NCBI RefSeq assembly: GCF_006345805.1
Contig: NC_042997.1
Coordinates: 1,364,001 to 1,428,000 of the forward strand
Reading direction: 5' to 3'
From: Octopus sinensis
Taxonomy: Eukaryota
DNA: 64,000 bases
Within the stretch, counting starts at the first letter, position 1; the number at the start of each line of letters is the position of its first letter. Shown here piece by piece: positions 52,501 to 64,000 of the stretch. The notes below the pieces were generated by a model. That model was not told where the DNA came from and searched no databases. It saw nothing but the letters and a program-made list of their open reading frames with translations. A program made the translations under genes and the position numbers.

Positions 52501-52931
52501 TCCATCAAAACTGAAATCGATATTGTCCTCAGTCACATAAAGTCTGTATTCGTCCATTCAATAAATATTTAGTGCACACATTCAATAAGAGGTTTTAAAA
52601 TATTTCCAGTCCTGAAGTGGGGAACTCTTATTTATATTCAGTAGCTGTTACAACACTGTTTGTTGAGTATTTTATTAAATCAATCTTTGGAATATCTGTA
52701 CTTGATTAGGAACTATAATGTGAGGCTTCGAGTGCATCGGAAATGAAAAGATTCACTCTATTATGTACGTAAGCTGTAGAAATGTTAATAGTGGTCTACA
52801 CTATCCAACACTGTCAAAACAAAACGATGCATAAACTAAAATGAGTTGAGTTCTGAAATTTACAGGATATATTGTGAACATAGGAATGCGTTCATATACA
52901 TACGTATATATATATAAAAAAAAGAAAAAAA

Positions 52932-52978
<47 letters not shown>

Positions 52979-52983
52979 CATAA

Positions 52984-53046
<63 letters not shown>

Positions 53047-53229
53047 ATATATATGTGTGTGTGTGACTGTCTGTCTGTTTGCCTATCTATCTATCTCTTG
53101 GGGGATGTTACTCAAGTTTTTTCATTTAAGATGACATCATCATTCAAGTTTAGGGTCACTTGGCATCTGCCTGATGGTACGATATTGAATATAATTTACA
53201 GGATTTTATGAAATTTCCTCATAAAATCT

Positions 53230-53560
53230 AACACATTTTCAGGCGAAAATCCCAAACGCGATTTTAGATATCAAGATACACTGAAAGAACATTTTAAGAT
53301 TATAGATATAGCAATAACATGTGATAGTAAGGTGAATCTCGAAGATATTGAGATAATTGACAACTATCGGGTCCGAGCTACAGACATGATGCGATTGTGG
53401 AATACAAAGATGAATATTGTTCCTGTGTTAATTCAGAAGCTCAATAAAACATCGAGTCTGATATCAAAGAGGCTGAAGAATATTGGTATTGAAAGATATA
53501 TTGTTGATGTCTAGCAAATTGCTAGCCTAAGTTTCTTAAGATATGAATAAGCTTGTCAGT
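53230..53560 (+). pseudogene. Degraded R4/Dong-like RLE C-terminus
   Basis: MRLWNTKMNIVPVLI...LKNIGIERYIVDV*QIASL resembles the intact copies at 59-60 kb. Confidence 0.45.
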
Positions 53561-54736
53561 AATCCACAGCATAAAATTCAGGTTGAATAAATTCAAATAG
53601 TATGTTGTTTGCATAACATCCTCCTCCTCCTCATCATCATCATCACCAGCAGCAGCAACTGTAGCAGTAGCAACAACAACAACAACCACAAAAACAATAA
53701 ATAATAGATTTATTTATTTGCTTTAGGCGCGTCAGATTTGAAGAGCAAGTTCGAAGTTAGGCTACAACTACAAGAAATCGAGGAACCCCGTACGCTTAAG
53801 ATGAAAGACTACGAAGATTTGAAAGCCTCGTTCGGCTTTTGTTTTCGAGCTGCCCCAGTCACCATTTTTCCACATTCACACGCAGTTTCTGAAACACATT
53901 AGAGAACAGTTCCCTCTTTACCGTCACTATCTTTTCCAAGTATTGATCACACCGGCTGGCTCTTATTTAATGATTACTAAAGTAAAAATTCCTCATCCCC
54001 TCTGACCGAGCGCTAGTGAGAACTTTGCATTTAAGCCATGAAATTGTGACTTGATACCAAGTGAAATTAAGTTTGTTTTATGACGATGAGAATTCTTTTG
54101 CGTTGTATGACAATCCTAACTTTTATTATTGTAATGCCAGATAAAATGAATTAATACCACCACATTTTTATTGACACAAGATATCTAGTTGAATGACTCA
54201 ACGGTCCAAAATGGACAGAATCGCTTACAAAATAAAATCAAAATACTACCATATGCTGCAGTATTGTAAATTTCATAAACATTTAATCAATGATCTTAAT
54301 GCGCATGGCGCTGTTACTACGAATCGAAGTAGTAGTTTGATCCAAGCAAACTACTGTGAATTTACTTATGTTTTTGTCCAGGTAAAACTTGTAAGTTCGA
54401 TCATATTTCCACGTTCACTATGGTGAGACTGTTATCACATTTGTCTCATGTAAAATATTCAAGCGGATCGAATGCTGTTTACGATTTTCCGACCACAATT
54501 ATTTGAAACAATGAACGCTTGTCATTTAATGTGATAATCTTACAGGAAGGCAAAGTTGACCTAGTTGGTTTTTCAACTCAAAGAGAGATGACACAAATGT
54601 AACGATACATGTTTCCTATGCTCTAAAATGCATCTCGATGAATTGCTTAAACGATATATGTTTGTTAGGAACTGTGGGGAGAGACAATCATAAATTCCTA
54701 TACTCATCTTGTTCTAACATACTCAAGTAAAAGGTG

Positions 54737-57510
54737 GACGCATATTTCATGGACATGGGACTATTTGATCCAGAGTCTCCCTTTTACCCCAAGCAAAACC
54801 AAGGTAAAATCCAATTTCAGTAAGGAAGAATGGGAAAACCTACGTGACATACAACTGGATAAAAACCTCACCATCAAAGAAGCGGACAAAGGGAGTGCTG
54901 TGGTCCTTATGGACACGGAATTTTATAAACACCTAGTGATCTCCATGCTTAACAATAACATTTTCTATGAGGTTATTAACAACTACAAACAGCAAAAAAC
55001 AATCAGAAACCTCACCACACTCATACGCCAACACGGTCAGGGACTCACAGAAAAAGAAAGGGATTATATCACCATTTTCAAATGCAAGCCCAGCCTTTTT
55101 TATGGCCTTCCTAAAATCCATAAAATCAAATACATCACCGAAGCCTGCAAACTTCCACTGACATCCACATCAACATCAAAGCACCGGAGGACCTAAAAAC
55201 TAAGGCCCATCGTGGCTGGTACCCCTCTGTGAAACACACCGCCTGAGTAACTTCCTAGACATCCTTTTGAAACTTTCCTTACCCACATCAAAAGTTTCAT
55301 TAGGGATGATCTGGACATGCCTCAAACACCTCCCGAAAACATTAACGAGGAGGCACTCCTGGTATCCTTTGATGTCATCAACCTCTACACCAACATTCCA
55401 CACGAGTATGGTATAGAGGCAATTGACTTCTGGCTAGAAAAACACCCAGAGACATTCCCTGACCGCATTAACAAGTCTGTTATTACAGAATCTCTTAAGT
55501 TCATTCTGACAAACAATTTTTTTCTCTTCGACGACACACACTACCGTCAAAAATGTGGCATTGCGATGGGTACCAAGGCTGCACCAGTCCTGCGAACCTC
55601 ATAATGGGTTACTTCGAACTGTCACTCTATGAAATATCAAGCCAGAATTTGGACATGTTTTCCACACCTACCTAATGGAAAACTGGAAAAGGTATAGTTA
55701 GATGATTGTTCATCATATGGAAAGAACCTTATGAAAAACTCCTGGAATTCAAAACCATACTAAACAACATACATCCCACATCCAATTCACTATGGAATTA
55801 AGCAAACATCATCTCCCATTCCTTGATCTCCTAATTATAAAAAACACCTAAGAACCAAATCATAACAGACATCTACCACAAACCTACAGACTCACAACAA
55901 TACCTCCTCTTTAGTTCATGCCACCCAAAACACACCAAGACAAATATCCCTTTCAATTTAGCTAAAAGGGTATGCACCATTGTCTCGGATCCAAAACACG
56001 AGAAATACGCCTTCAAGACCTCAAAAAAACACTATTACAACGTCAATATCCCTCCACCCTTATAGAGTATGGAATAAAACGCGCCCCAAAGAACTAGACA
56101 ACACTACACTGAAAACCACCCAACCTAACACCACACACAACCTCAAAATACTTCCATACATTTCCACCCACAACACCAAAAATATCGAAGCATACACCAC
56201 AATCATACAAACCTCAGTCTACTGTCAACAGACCCAAAAATGAAAAACATTATAAATACACACAAAATCCTCAAATGCAAAAGGCAACACAAATCTTTAA
56301 AAAAAACTCTTGACAAATGCCAAACTTCACACACCACATCCACCCCCAACAGTAAAAAAATGTGCACGCTCAAACTGTGATACCTGCCCCTTTCTACTTG
56401 AAGGCTCTGAATTTACCTTCAAACAAGGTACGAAGTTTAAAATCAAGACTAACTTCTCCTGTCCCCGAGAACCTTATCTACGTTCTCACATGCGCTGGTT
56501 GCCAACATAATTATGTTGGACAAACGAGTCTCCCGTTACGTAAACGAGTAACGGTGCATAAAGAAAAAATAAATCTCCGGAATACCGACAAATTCCACTG
56601 AGTGACCACTTAGACTCATGTGCTAAGACTTAAACCCCAAATTCTATATATTCCCCTTCTACCAATGTAAAGACGGGATCACCACACAGGAGAGAATTAA
56701 CAAGGAGAATCTCTTTATTGAAAAATTCCAAACACAACTTAATATGCAAACTCCTCGTTGATCAAACTTCCTTCTCTACCTCACTCTTCATAGATGGACT
56801 AACACAAATATATAAAGATACCATGCATCATCACTTCAAGCTAAAACTTATATTCTTTAAATATCATTTTTACTATTGTTGTTATTACTATCATTTTTAT
56901 TATAAATGATATGACAATTTGAAATGCAATTGTCTATGCAGATTTATATTATTAGAAAATAATATAAATAAAGTGTAAAAATTTGAAAGTTAAGTAACAA
57001 GCAATTATATAAAAAAGATAATGCAAATGAAGCTAAAATGATAGTTTTATAATTTGGGTTTTATTGAAGAACTCAAAAGAGTTGTCTCCCCTTACCCACA
57101 ACACAGGAACTGAAGAACCAGGACCACAATTACTACTACTTCTGTCCTGCAACATGCTGAATTTAACAACACAACACATCACATGCTCTTAATCCTTTGG
57201 ATCTTAACACCTCAAGGTAATTTTTTGGTTAACAACCATAAAACTCAAGATACTCAACGAACTCACAATGTATCGAGAACTTATTTTTTAATTTTTGTAC
57301 ATTTTTATCATTATTCTTTTACAAAAAACAATGCAATTTTCTTTTTTTCCCATTTCTAATTTTTAAAATAACTTCTTAAAACATAAATATTCTTGACAAG
57401 TCATACAATGACGAAAACCGATTGAATAAATATATATTTATATATTTTATCATTTTCTCATTTTATTAAAATTTTCTTTCATTTGAGCATTCTGCTTTTT
57501 TAAAAAAAAT
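54737..57510 (+). mobile_element. Penelope-like element (5'-truncated, frameshifted): RT + C-rich linker + GIY-YIG + 3' repeat with hammerhead-like motif
   Basis: IKEADKGSAVV, FYGLPKIHK, RPIVAG, LVSFDVINLYTNIP, YRQKCGIAMGT, SCHPKHTK, CARSNCDTC, NLIYVLTCAGCQHNYVGQTSLPLRKRVTVHK; the 3' end abuts (TA)n. Confidence 0.92.
57388..57428 (+). ncRNA. Minimal hammerhead-like motif with U3-A8 core variant
   Basis: TATTC-TTGACAA-GTCA(TACAA)TGAC-GAAA-ACCGA-TT-GAATA: 5-bp stem I and 4-bp stem II with G10.1-C11.1; stem III is degenerate; overlaps a downstream AATAAA. Confidence 0.55.
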
Positions 57511-57885
57511 TTTCCTAACTATATATATATATATATACATATATACGGCTGTTATCAAATTCTCTCACTTACCCAAGATGCTGACTAGTGAAATCGAACT
57601 GAAGTCTATGTATTCAGCACTCTCTGTTGATATAATACGTATATTTCAAGGAAACGTTCTGAGTTACTCAATTGGCATTCTCTTCATACAAAACCGTTAA
57701 TAGGCGTTACGTTATGGTTGATGTAATTCTCAATACTTATCATAATTGAACGGTAATACTAATGAAGCGATAATTTCTTTGTGGCTTCGCCCTCTATAAC
57801 TTTGGCAAAGAGCCTACTGCTTTTATACATATAAAATGTTATTATTATTATTATTATTATTATTATATTATTATTATTATTATTA

Positions 57886-57916
<31 letters not shown>

Positions 57917-57917
57917 T

Positions 57918-58318
57918 AAAGCGTTGAGCTGGCAGAATCGTTAGCTCGCTGGACGAAATGCTTAACGGTATTTCGCCCGTCGCAACATTCTGAGTTCAAA
58001 TTCCGCCGGGGTCGACTTTGCCTTTCATCCTTTCGGGGTCGATAAATTAAGTACCAGTTACGCACTGGGGTCGATGTAAACGACTTAATACCTATGTCTG
58101 TCCTTGTTTGTTCCCTCTGTGTTTAGCCCCCTGTGGGTAATAAAGAAATAGGTATTTCGCCCGTCGCAACATTCTGAGTTCAAATTCCGCGGGGGTGGAC
58201 ATTGGCTTTCATCCTTGCGGGGTCGGTAATTTAAGTACGAGTGAAATACTGGGGTCAATATAATCGACTAGTCCCATCGCTTCAAATGTCAGGCCTTATG
58301 CCTCTAGTAGAGCGGGTT
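57918..58318 (+). mobile_element. Two tandem family-D SINE units after (TAA)n
   Basis: GTATTTCGCCCGTCGCAACATTCTGAGTTCAAATTCCGC occurs twice. Confidence 0.85.
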
Positions 58319-58325
58319 ATTATTA

Positions 58326-58712
58326 CTTCTGCTTTAGCGAAGGCTAAGGTTTTTTTATCAGTCGCGTTTGCTTATTTGTTTGTTAGTTTGTCTGTGGACA
58401 AGATATCTTAAGAATCGCTGGATGGTTTCGGGTGAAACTTTCAGGGATGTCTAGTTTCGCGTGACTAGCCGGAACTGTTTAGATTGGGGGATCGATCAGG
58501 TAAAGGACAAGGATTGTGGATTACTTTTCCTGTTTTTTTTTTTTTTTTACTTAATTTTTGAGAGCTGTCGGGTTCATTTTTAGTATTCTCACTTGTGAGA
58601 CACGTCGAGTTTATTTCAGATATTCTCGTTTTAATAATCACCTCCGGCTAATAGTTGAGAAGACGTTGGTGTTGCCTTCTAGGAGGTTTGCGGTCTCTGA
58701 TTGCTCTTGTTG
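58326..58712 (+). mobile_element. Possible DINE/HINE-like non-autonomous element
   Basis: TTATTACTTCTGC..., then a GTTTGT(C)TGT microsatellite, ending ...GGAGGTTTGCGGTCTCTGATTGC; resembles this architecture from memory only. Confidence 0.3.
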
Positions 58713-58724
58713 TTGTTGTTGTTG

Positions 58725-58770
<46 letters not shown>

Positions 58771-58848
58771 TTAGTTTTATTTTTATAGCGTGCTTTCACT
58801 TCACTACCGAGCGCAGCTCTGTGTGCCTTGGGTATGTGCTGTGATTTG

Positions 58849-58911
<63 letters not shown>

Positions 58912-58984
58912 GGTGCCCCAGCATGGCCACAGCTCATGAGCTGAAACTAGAATCAATCAATCAATTATTATTATTATTATCATC

Positions 58985-59458
58985 ATATGTTTGACTTTTG
59001 CTTTATATTTGTACAAGTTGGCTCCAAGTCTCACCCGGAGACCTCAAGAGACAACAGGTTGGAAGTTTACGTTGTTGTTATGCCTAGTGTGCCATATATT
59101 TGGCTGTTTTTTGTGTTGTGTTGGTGGATGTCTAAAAAAATGTTTGTTTTAAACCTTGAGATTACATAGAAAGTATTTTGCGCAGGATATGAGCAGTTCC
59201 CATGAGCACTATCTTTTGAATTTCTGACATTTTTGGGTTTTCTGGTATCTGAGTTAGGTAGCTATCAGCCCCTTTTGCTATCATTCCCAGGGCACCTATG
59301 ACAACAGGTATTGTTTTAGTCTTCAGGTTCCACATTTTGCTGATTTCTATTTCAAGATCTTTATATTTGCTCAGTTTTTGGTAGGTCTTGACAGATACGT
59401 TTATATCGATTGGGACAGCCATATCAATGAGGAGGCATGTTCATTGTTTGAAGTCTTT
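58985..59458 (-). mobile_element. R4/Dong-like non-LTR element, RLE C-terminus + 3' UTR, inside (TAA)n
   Basis: DMAVPIDINVSVKTYQKLSKYKDLEIEISKMWNLKTKTIPVVIGALG..ILRKILSM*; (TAA)n-type repeat on both sides. Confidence 0.85.
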
Positions 59459-59461
59459 CAA

Positions 59462-59543
<82 letters not shown>

Positions 59544-59642
59544 GTTGTTGTTGTTGCTGTTGTTGTTGTTGTTGTTGTTATTATTATTATTATTATTATT
59601 TATTATTATTATTATTATTATATTATTATTATTATTATTATT

Positions 59643-60300
59643 CAGTAGTTTTATTTTTATTGCGTGATTTCACTTCACTACCGAGCGCAGCTCTGTGTGC
59701 CTTAGGTATGTGCTGTGATTTGTTGTGATGCTCTGATCTTATTGTATGGAAAGTGTTCTGCGTAGGATGTGTGCAGTGCTTAGTAGTGCAATTTTCTGTA
59801 TGTTATATGTGTTTGGAAGTCCTGGTGTTTTTGTTATGTATCTGTCTGAATATTTTTTTATCATGTCTAATGCACCTACTATGATAGGAATTGTTTCTGA
59901 TTTTAGATTCCACATTCTGGTTACCTCTATTTCCAGGTCTTTGTATTTTGAAAGTTTCTCCATTTCTTTTAGAGACACGTTGTCATCTGCCGGTATTGAT
60001 ACATCAATTAGAAAGCATTTTTTTCTTCATGATCTCTAACAACTATATCTGGTCTGTTGGCCTTAATTTCTCTATCTGTGTGTATCGGCATATCCCAGAG
60101 TATGGTTGCTTTCTCGTTTTCTGTGACCTTTTCTGGTGTGTGCCTATACCATCTTTTTTATGTTGTTACTCCATAATGTTGGCATAGCTTCCAGTGTATG
60201 TAGGTTCCAACTCTGTCATGTCTGTGAATATATTCCTTCTTAGCCAGGACTGGGCAGCCAGAGATAATAGGATTTATTGTTTCTTGTCCATCTCCACATA
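59643..60300 (-). mobile_element. R4/Dong-like non-LTR element, second family, RLE domain + 3' UTR
   Basis: RPDIV..CFLIDVSIPADDNVSLKEMEKLSKYKDLEIEVTRMWNL..IPIIVGAL (PD..D, K..KY motif). The same 3' UTR occurs alone at 58768-58850 and 60585-60690. Confidence 0.87.
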
Positions 60301-60315
60301 TTCTGTGGCAAAATC

Positions 60316-60508
60316 GTTATCACGCCGGGCGAAATTATAAGCGTTATTTCGTCTGCCACTACGTTCTGCGTTAAAATCTCACAGAGGTCAACTTTGTCTG
60401 TCACCATTTTGAGATCAATAAATTAAGAATCAGTCAAACACTGGGGTGGATGTAATCGACTTGTCCCCTCCCACAAAATTTCAGACCTTTGTGCTTCTAG
60501 TAGAAAGG

Positions 60509-60512
<4 letters not shown>
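60316..60512 (+). mobile_element. SINE family D, diverged
   Basis: CACGCCGGGCGAAAT..GTTATTTCGTCTGCC..CACTGGGGTGGATGTAATCGAC. Confidence 0.7.
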
Positions 60513-60575
<63 letters not shown>

Positions 60576-60694
60576 TATATTATTCAGTAGTTTTATTTTC
60601 ATAACGTGCTTTCCCTTCACTACCGATCGCAGCTCTGTGTGTCTGTGTGCCTTGTGTATGTGCTGTGGTTTGCTGTGATTCTCTTATGGTTACT

Positions 60695-60922
60695 GTAGGA
60701 TCCCATCAACTTTAAACGGAGTCTGGATAGATTCCTTCAAGGAATACCAGATAAGCCACCCATAATTGGATACAACTCACCCAACAAAAACTCATTACTT
60801 GAATGGACCATAAACAAAACTTGACTTAAACAGGATTCAAATAATCCTATCAAGTGGTGCTATTAAGTTAGACATGGCCAGGACCAATCATTGGTCGAAA
60901 CATATCTAAGTTTATCTAAGTT
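60695..60922 (+). mobile_element. 3' end of another CR1-type LINE
   Basis: DPINFKRSLDRFLQGIPDKPPIIGYNSPNKNSLLEW; tail CATGGCCAGGACCAATCATTGGTCGAAAC then (TCTAAGTTTA)-like repeats. Confidence 0.7.
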
Positions 60923-62090
60923 CATATATATATATATATATGTGTGTATGTGTGTGTGTCTATGGTGTCTCCTCCACCATGGCTTGACAATTGGTTTTGA
61001 TGTGTCTATGCTCCTCATAACTTAGCGGGTTCGGCAAGTGAGGACGATCAATTTTGTCCCAGCTCTTTCACAAATAAGTACTAGGGTCGATAAATTTGAC
61101 CAAAAATTCTTCAAAGCTGTGCCCCAGCATGGCCGCAGCCGAACGACTGAAATATGTATAAGATAAAAGAATGTGTCTACATCCTAAAACAATACTACAC
61201 AGAACTCAGGAACACGGTGTTGCACGGTGTTGCATCAGATTAAACAAAAGAATCTCGCATGAAATTGCCGAAAACATTACAAATGTTTTTAATATGGAAC
61301 GAGGTCAAAATTTTTGAGAAAATGATGTATCGATTAAATCAGTCCTAGCACTTGGCGAGATTTTGACTTATAGATATCAAACACGAAGTTGACCTTCATA
61401 ATATTCGAACGTAGAAAGCGGAGTAATATATATCTACCTCATGTTATTTTTCTCCTAAACTTTAAAGATTCCGCAGATCTACAGCCATAAGGATGACGAT
61501 GCTGCTACTGTTCTTTATGATGATGGTGATAATGGTGTTGAAAAAGATGGCGATTATGATGATGATGATGACGACGATGACGACGATGGTGATGATGATG
61601 ATGATAATAATAATAATAATAATAATAATATAATAATAATAATAATAATAATAATATTATCATTATTATTATTATTAATATTTGTTAAGAAGCAAGAAGA
61701 CGGCTAAGACGAAGAAGAAGAAGGAACATGAATAGCGTCTGAAAAAAGAGCAAAAGCAAATTAACAAGAACTGAATTCTTGTAGTTACATACTGGCACCG
61801 AAACCCTAGAATTATATTTGAAGCAACCATACAAATGCTGAAGACTAGATGAAACTGATAACTTACAATCAATAGAAATAAGAAACAAAAGGAGAAAATA
61901 TTACGAGAGAAGTAATGGACAAATATTAAAGTAAGAACGCCATGCTAGAAATAAGTTATGAATATACTATCTACCCAAGTTATAAACTAGAATTTTAACA
62001 GAAGATGGATGAGAAATGGAGAATTTAGGCAGCCTAAATAAATGAAAATGAGTAACGTCTTTCTAAAACGACCAGCCCAAATATAATATA

Positions 62091-63380
62091 TTGGGTTGGT
62101 AACTAAGTTCCCGCCGATTTTTTAAGTTTTGTAATTTATTGGGTTTTTAAAATTTGGGAATCTATATTCTTTCGAGAATTCTATTTTTGAATCATTTTAG
62201 AGTCTATTTTGTTTTTCTTTTCTTGTTAATTTTAGTTAATGTTTGTTTATTTTGAGATCATTAAAATGGAATGTCAAGTTTAGCAAAAGGAGAATTTTGA
62301 CACCTCCTTTTTGCTTTTAATGAAGGTTCTGAGGCCGCAAAAGCTGTTCGTGTCATTTGTGCAGTGTATAAAGAGGGTTAAATAGCTAAAAGAAACGGTC
62401 GTGATTGGTATGCCAAGTTAAAAAATGCTAATTTTAACCTCAAAGACGCACCTCGTACTGCCCGTCCTGGTGAATTCGATGAAGAGCGATTAAACCAAAT
62501 TTTCCACGAAAATTCTCGTCAAACGACAAGGGAACTGGCAGAGAAAATGCCCTCACACTGCTATAGAGAAGCATCTTCACTCGATGGGTAAGGTTCAGAA
62601 TATGGAACATGGATTCCGCATGCTTTAAGTGGCAACAACAAAAATCAACGAGCCACAATCTCCGCTAGTTTCCTCGCTCGTCACCGCTCAACTCATAGAC
62701 ACAAGCAACGATTACTTTACCAAATCGGTACTGGCGACAAAAAATGGTGCTTGTACATCAATATGAAGCAGCAAAAGGAATGGCTTAGCCCCGGTAAATA
62801 AACGACACCGCGCGTGAAAGAAAATCTTCATTCGCTTAAAACGACGATATGCCTATGGTGGGACTCGGAAGGGATTATCCATTACGAATTGTTTGAACGG
62901 AACCAAACGGTCAACGCAGAACTCTACGTTCAACAAATAGAACGACTCAACACAGCTATTCAAGAGAAAAGACATAATCGGTAGCATGGTGATCTTCTTC
63001 TTCACGACAACGCCCACCCTCATATCACCAATAAGACCTAGGAAGTCATTCAAACACATGGCTGGGAAGTGCTGCCACACCGGCCGTACTCTCCTGATTT
63101 GGCACCAACGGATTTCCACCTCTTTCGGTTTCTTTCAAATGCTAGGCGCTGAGTTTCGTTTAATACTGATGCAGAATTGAGAGCTTGGTTGGATCAATTT
63201 TTCGAGTCGAAATCGGGTGATTTCTCACAACGAGGTATTGAAAATCTTATTGAACGTTGGGAAGAAGTTGCAAGCAGCAAGTGTGAATACATTATTGATT
63301 AATTAGTTGTTACTTTTTATTAAAGCTTTCTAAAAATTCAAATTAAAAAAAGAAACGGCGGGAATTAGTTTCCAACCCAA
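62091..63380 (+). mobile_element. Full-length mariner (1290 bp), TA TSD, transposase pseudogene
   Basis: TA|TTGGGTTGGTAACTAAGTTCCCGCCG...CGGCGGGAATTAGTTTCCAACCCAA|TA. Remnant ORF: MECQV..WIPHAL..TGDKKW..LWWDSEG..HDNAHPH..YSPDLAPTDFHLF..IID*, with stops and frameshifts. Confidence 0.95.
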
Positions 63381-64000
63381 TAAATTAACATTCCTTGCAT
63401 AGAGTCAGAAAGGCATCAGATGCAGAGATCAAGTTGAAATTTCCAAGAATACTTTACTACTTAAAACAAAAAATGAGAGTTAGTTTAGGAAGACAACATA
63501 CAAATATGTCTAATAAGAGAAAACGAAAATCAAAATTTTTAGTGTAATAAAGAAATACAAAAGAAACAAAAGTCAAATAGGTAAATAAATGAAAAGGAAT
63601 TTCTTATCAAGTTGCAGTAAAATTTATAAAAAATACAGAATTACACGGACGTAAACTATTCAGATGAATCCACAAAAATAATAGCAATGCACACTACATA
63701 GAATAATTAACAACATCGATAAAACAAATGTCGCAACCGTACTATATTCCCAAATAATAGTCTCCATTAAATATAACCACATCAACATAAAATTTTCTGC
63801 AAGAAATGTGAATTTGTGCAGGTATCCATTGGAACATCGACACGGAAAGACACAAAATAAGTCAGAAAACAGAGGGAAATGCACGCATTATACCGCACTA
63901 TGGCGGGCTTCTTTCATCCAGTAGACAAGATGTAATGGGTATATAAAGATGATTGCCCTCTCAGAGTTACGCAAAATATACATTTAGAACCACTACACTT

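Overview
AT-rich animal genomic DNA made almost entirely of repeats. The SINE families and the (TA)n/(CA)n/(TCTA)n/(TAA)n load look like an Octopus (cephalopod) genome; that is an inference from recalled repeat motifs, not a search. I found no confidently recognisable host protein-coding gene. The window holds three tRNA-head SINE families, CR1-, RTE-, Tx1/L1- and R4/Dong-type LINE remnants, several Penelope-like element (PLE) remnants, two mariner copies, a non-autonomous Helitron, two ~230-260 bp hairpin palindromes and a 28S rRNA fragment. The highlight is 11491-15125, a near-identical ~475-bp tandem repeat. Each monomer encodes a type I hammerhead ribozyme (GTTCTG-CTGACGA-stem II-GAAA-TCACGGTGA-TA^CAGAAC). 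The eight ribozyme copies lie in two head-to-head arms whose RNA 3' ends both fuse to a (TA)n tract, and a paralogous empty site sits about 0.8 kb downstream. This fits a candidate cephalopod non-LTR retrozyme (ribozyme/circRNA retroelement) or a tandem PLE terminal repeat inserted by twin-primed, rolling-circle-like reverse transcription. At least four other hammerhead-like families occur in the window, two of them attached to PLE remnants. All alignments and folds were done by eye.
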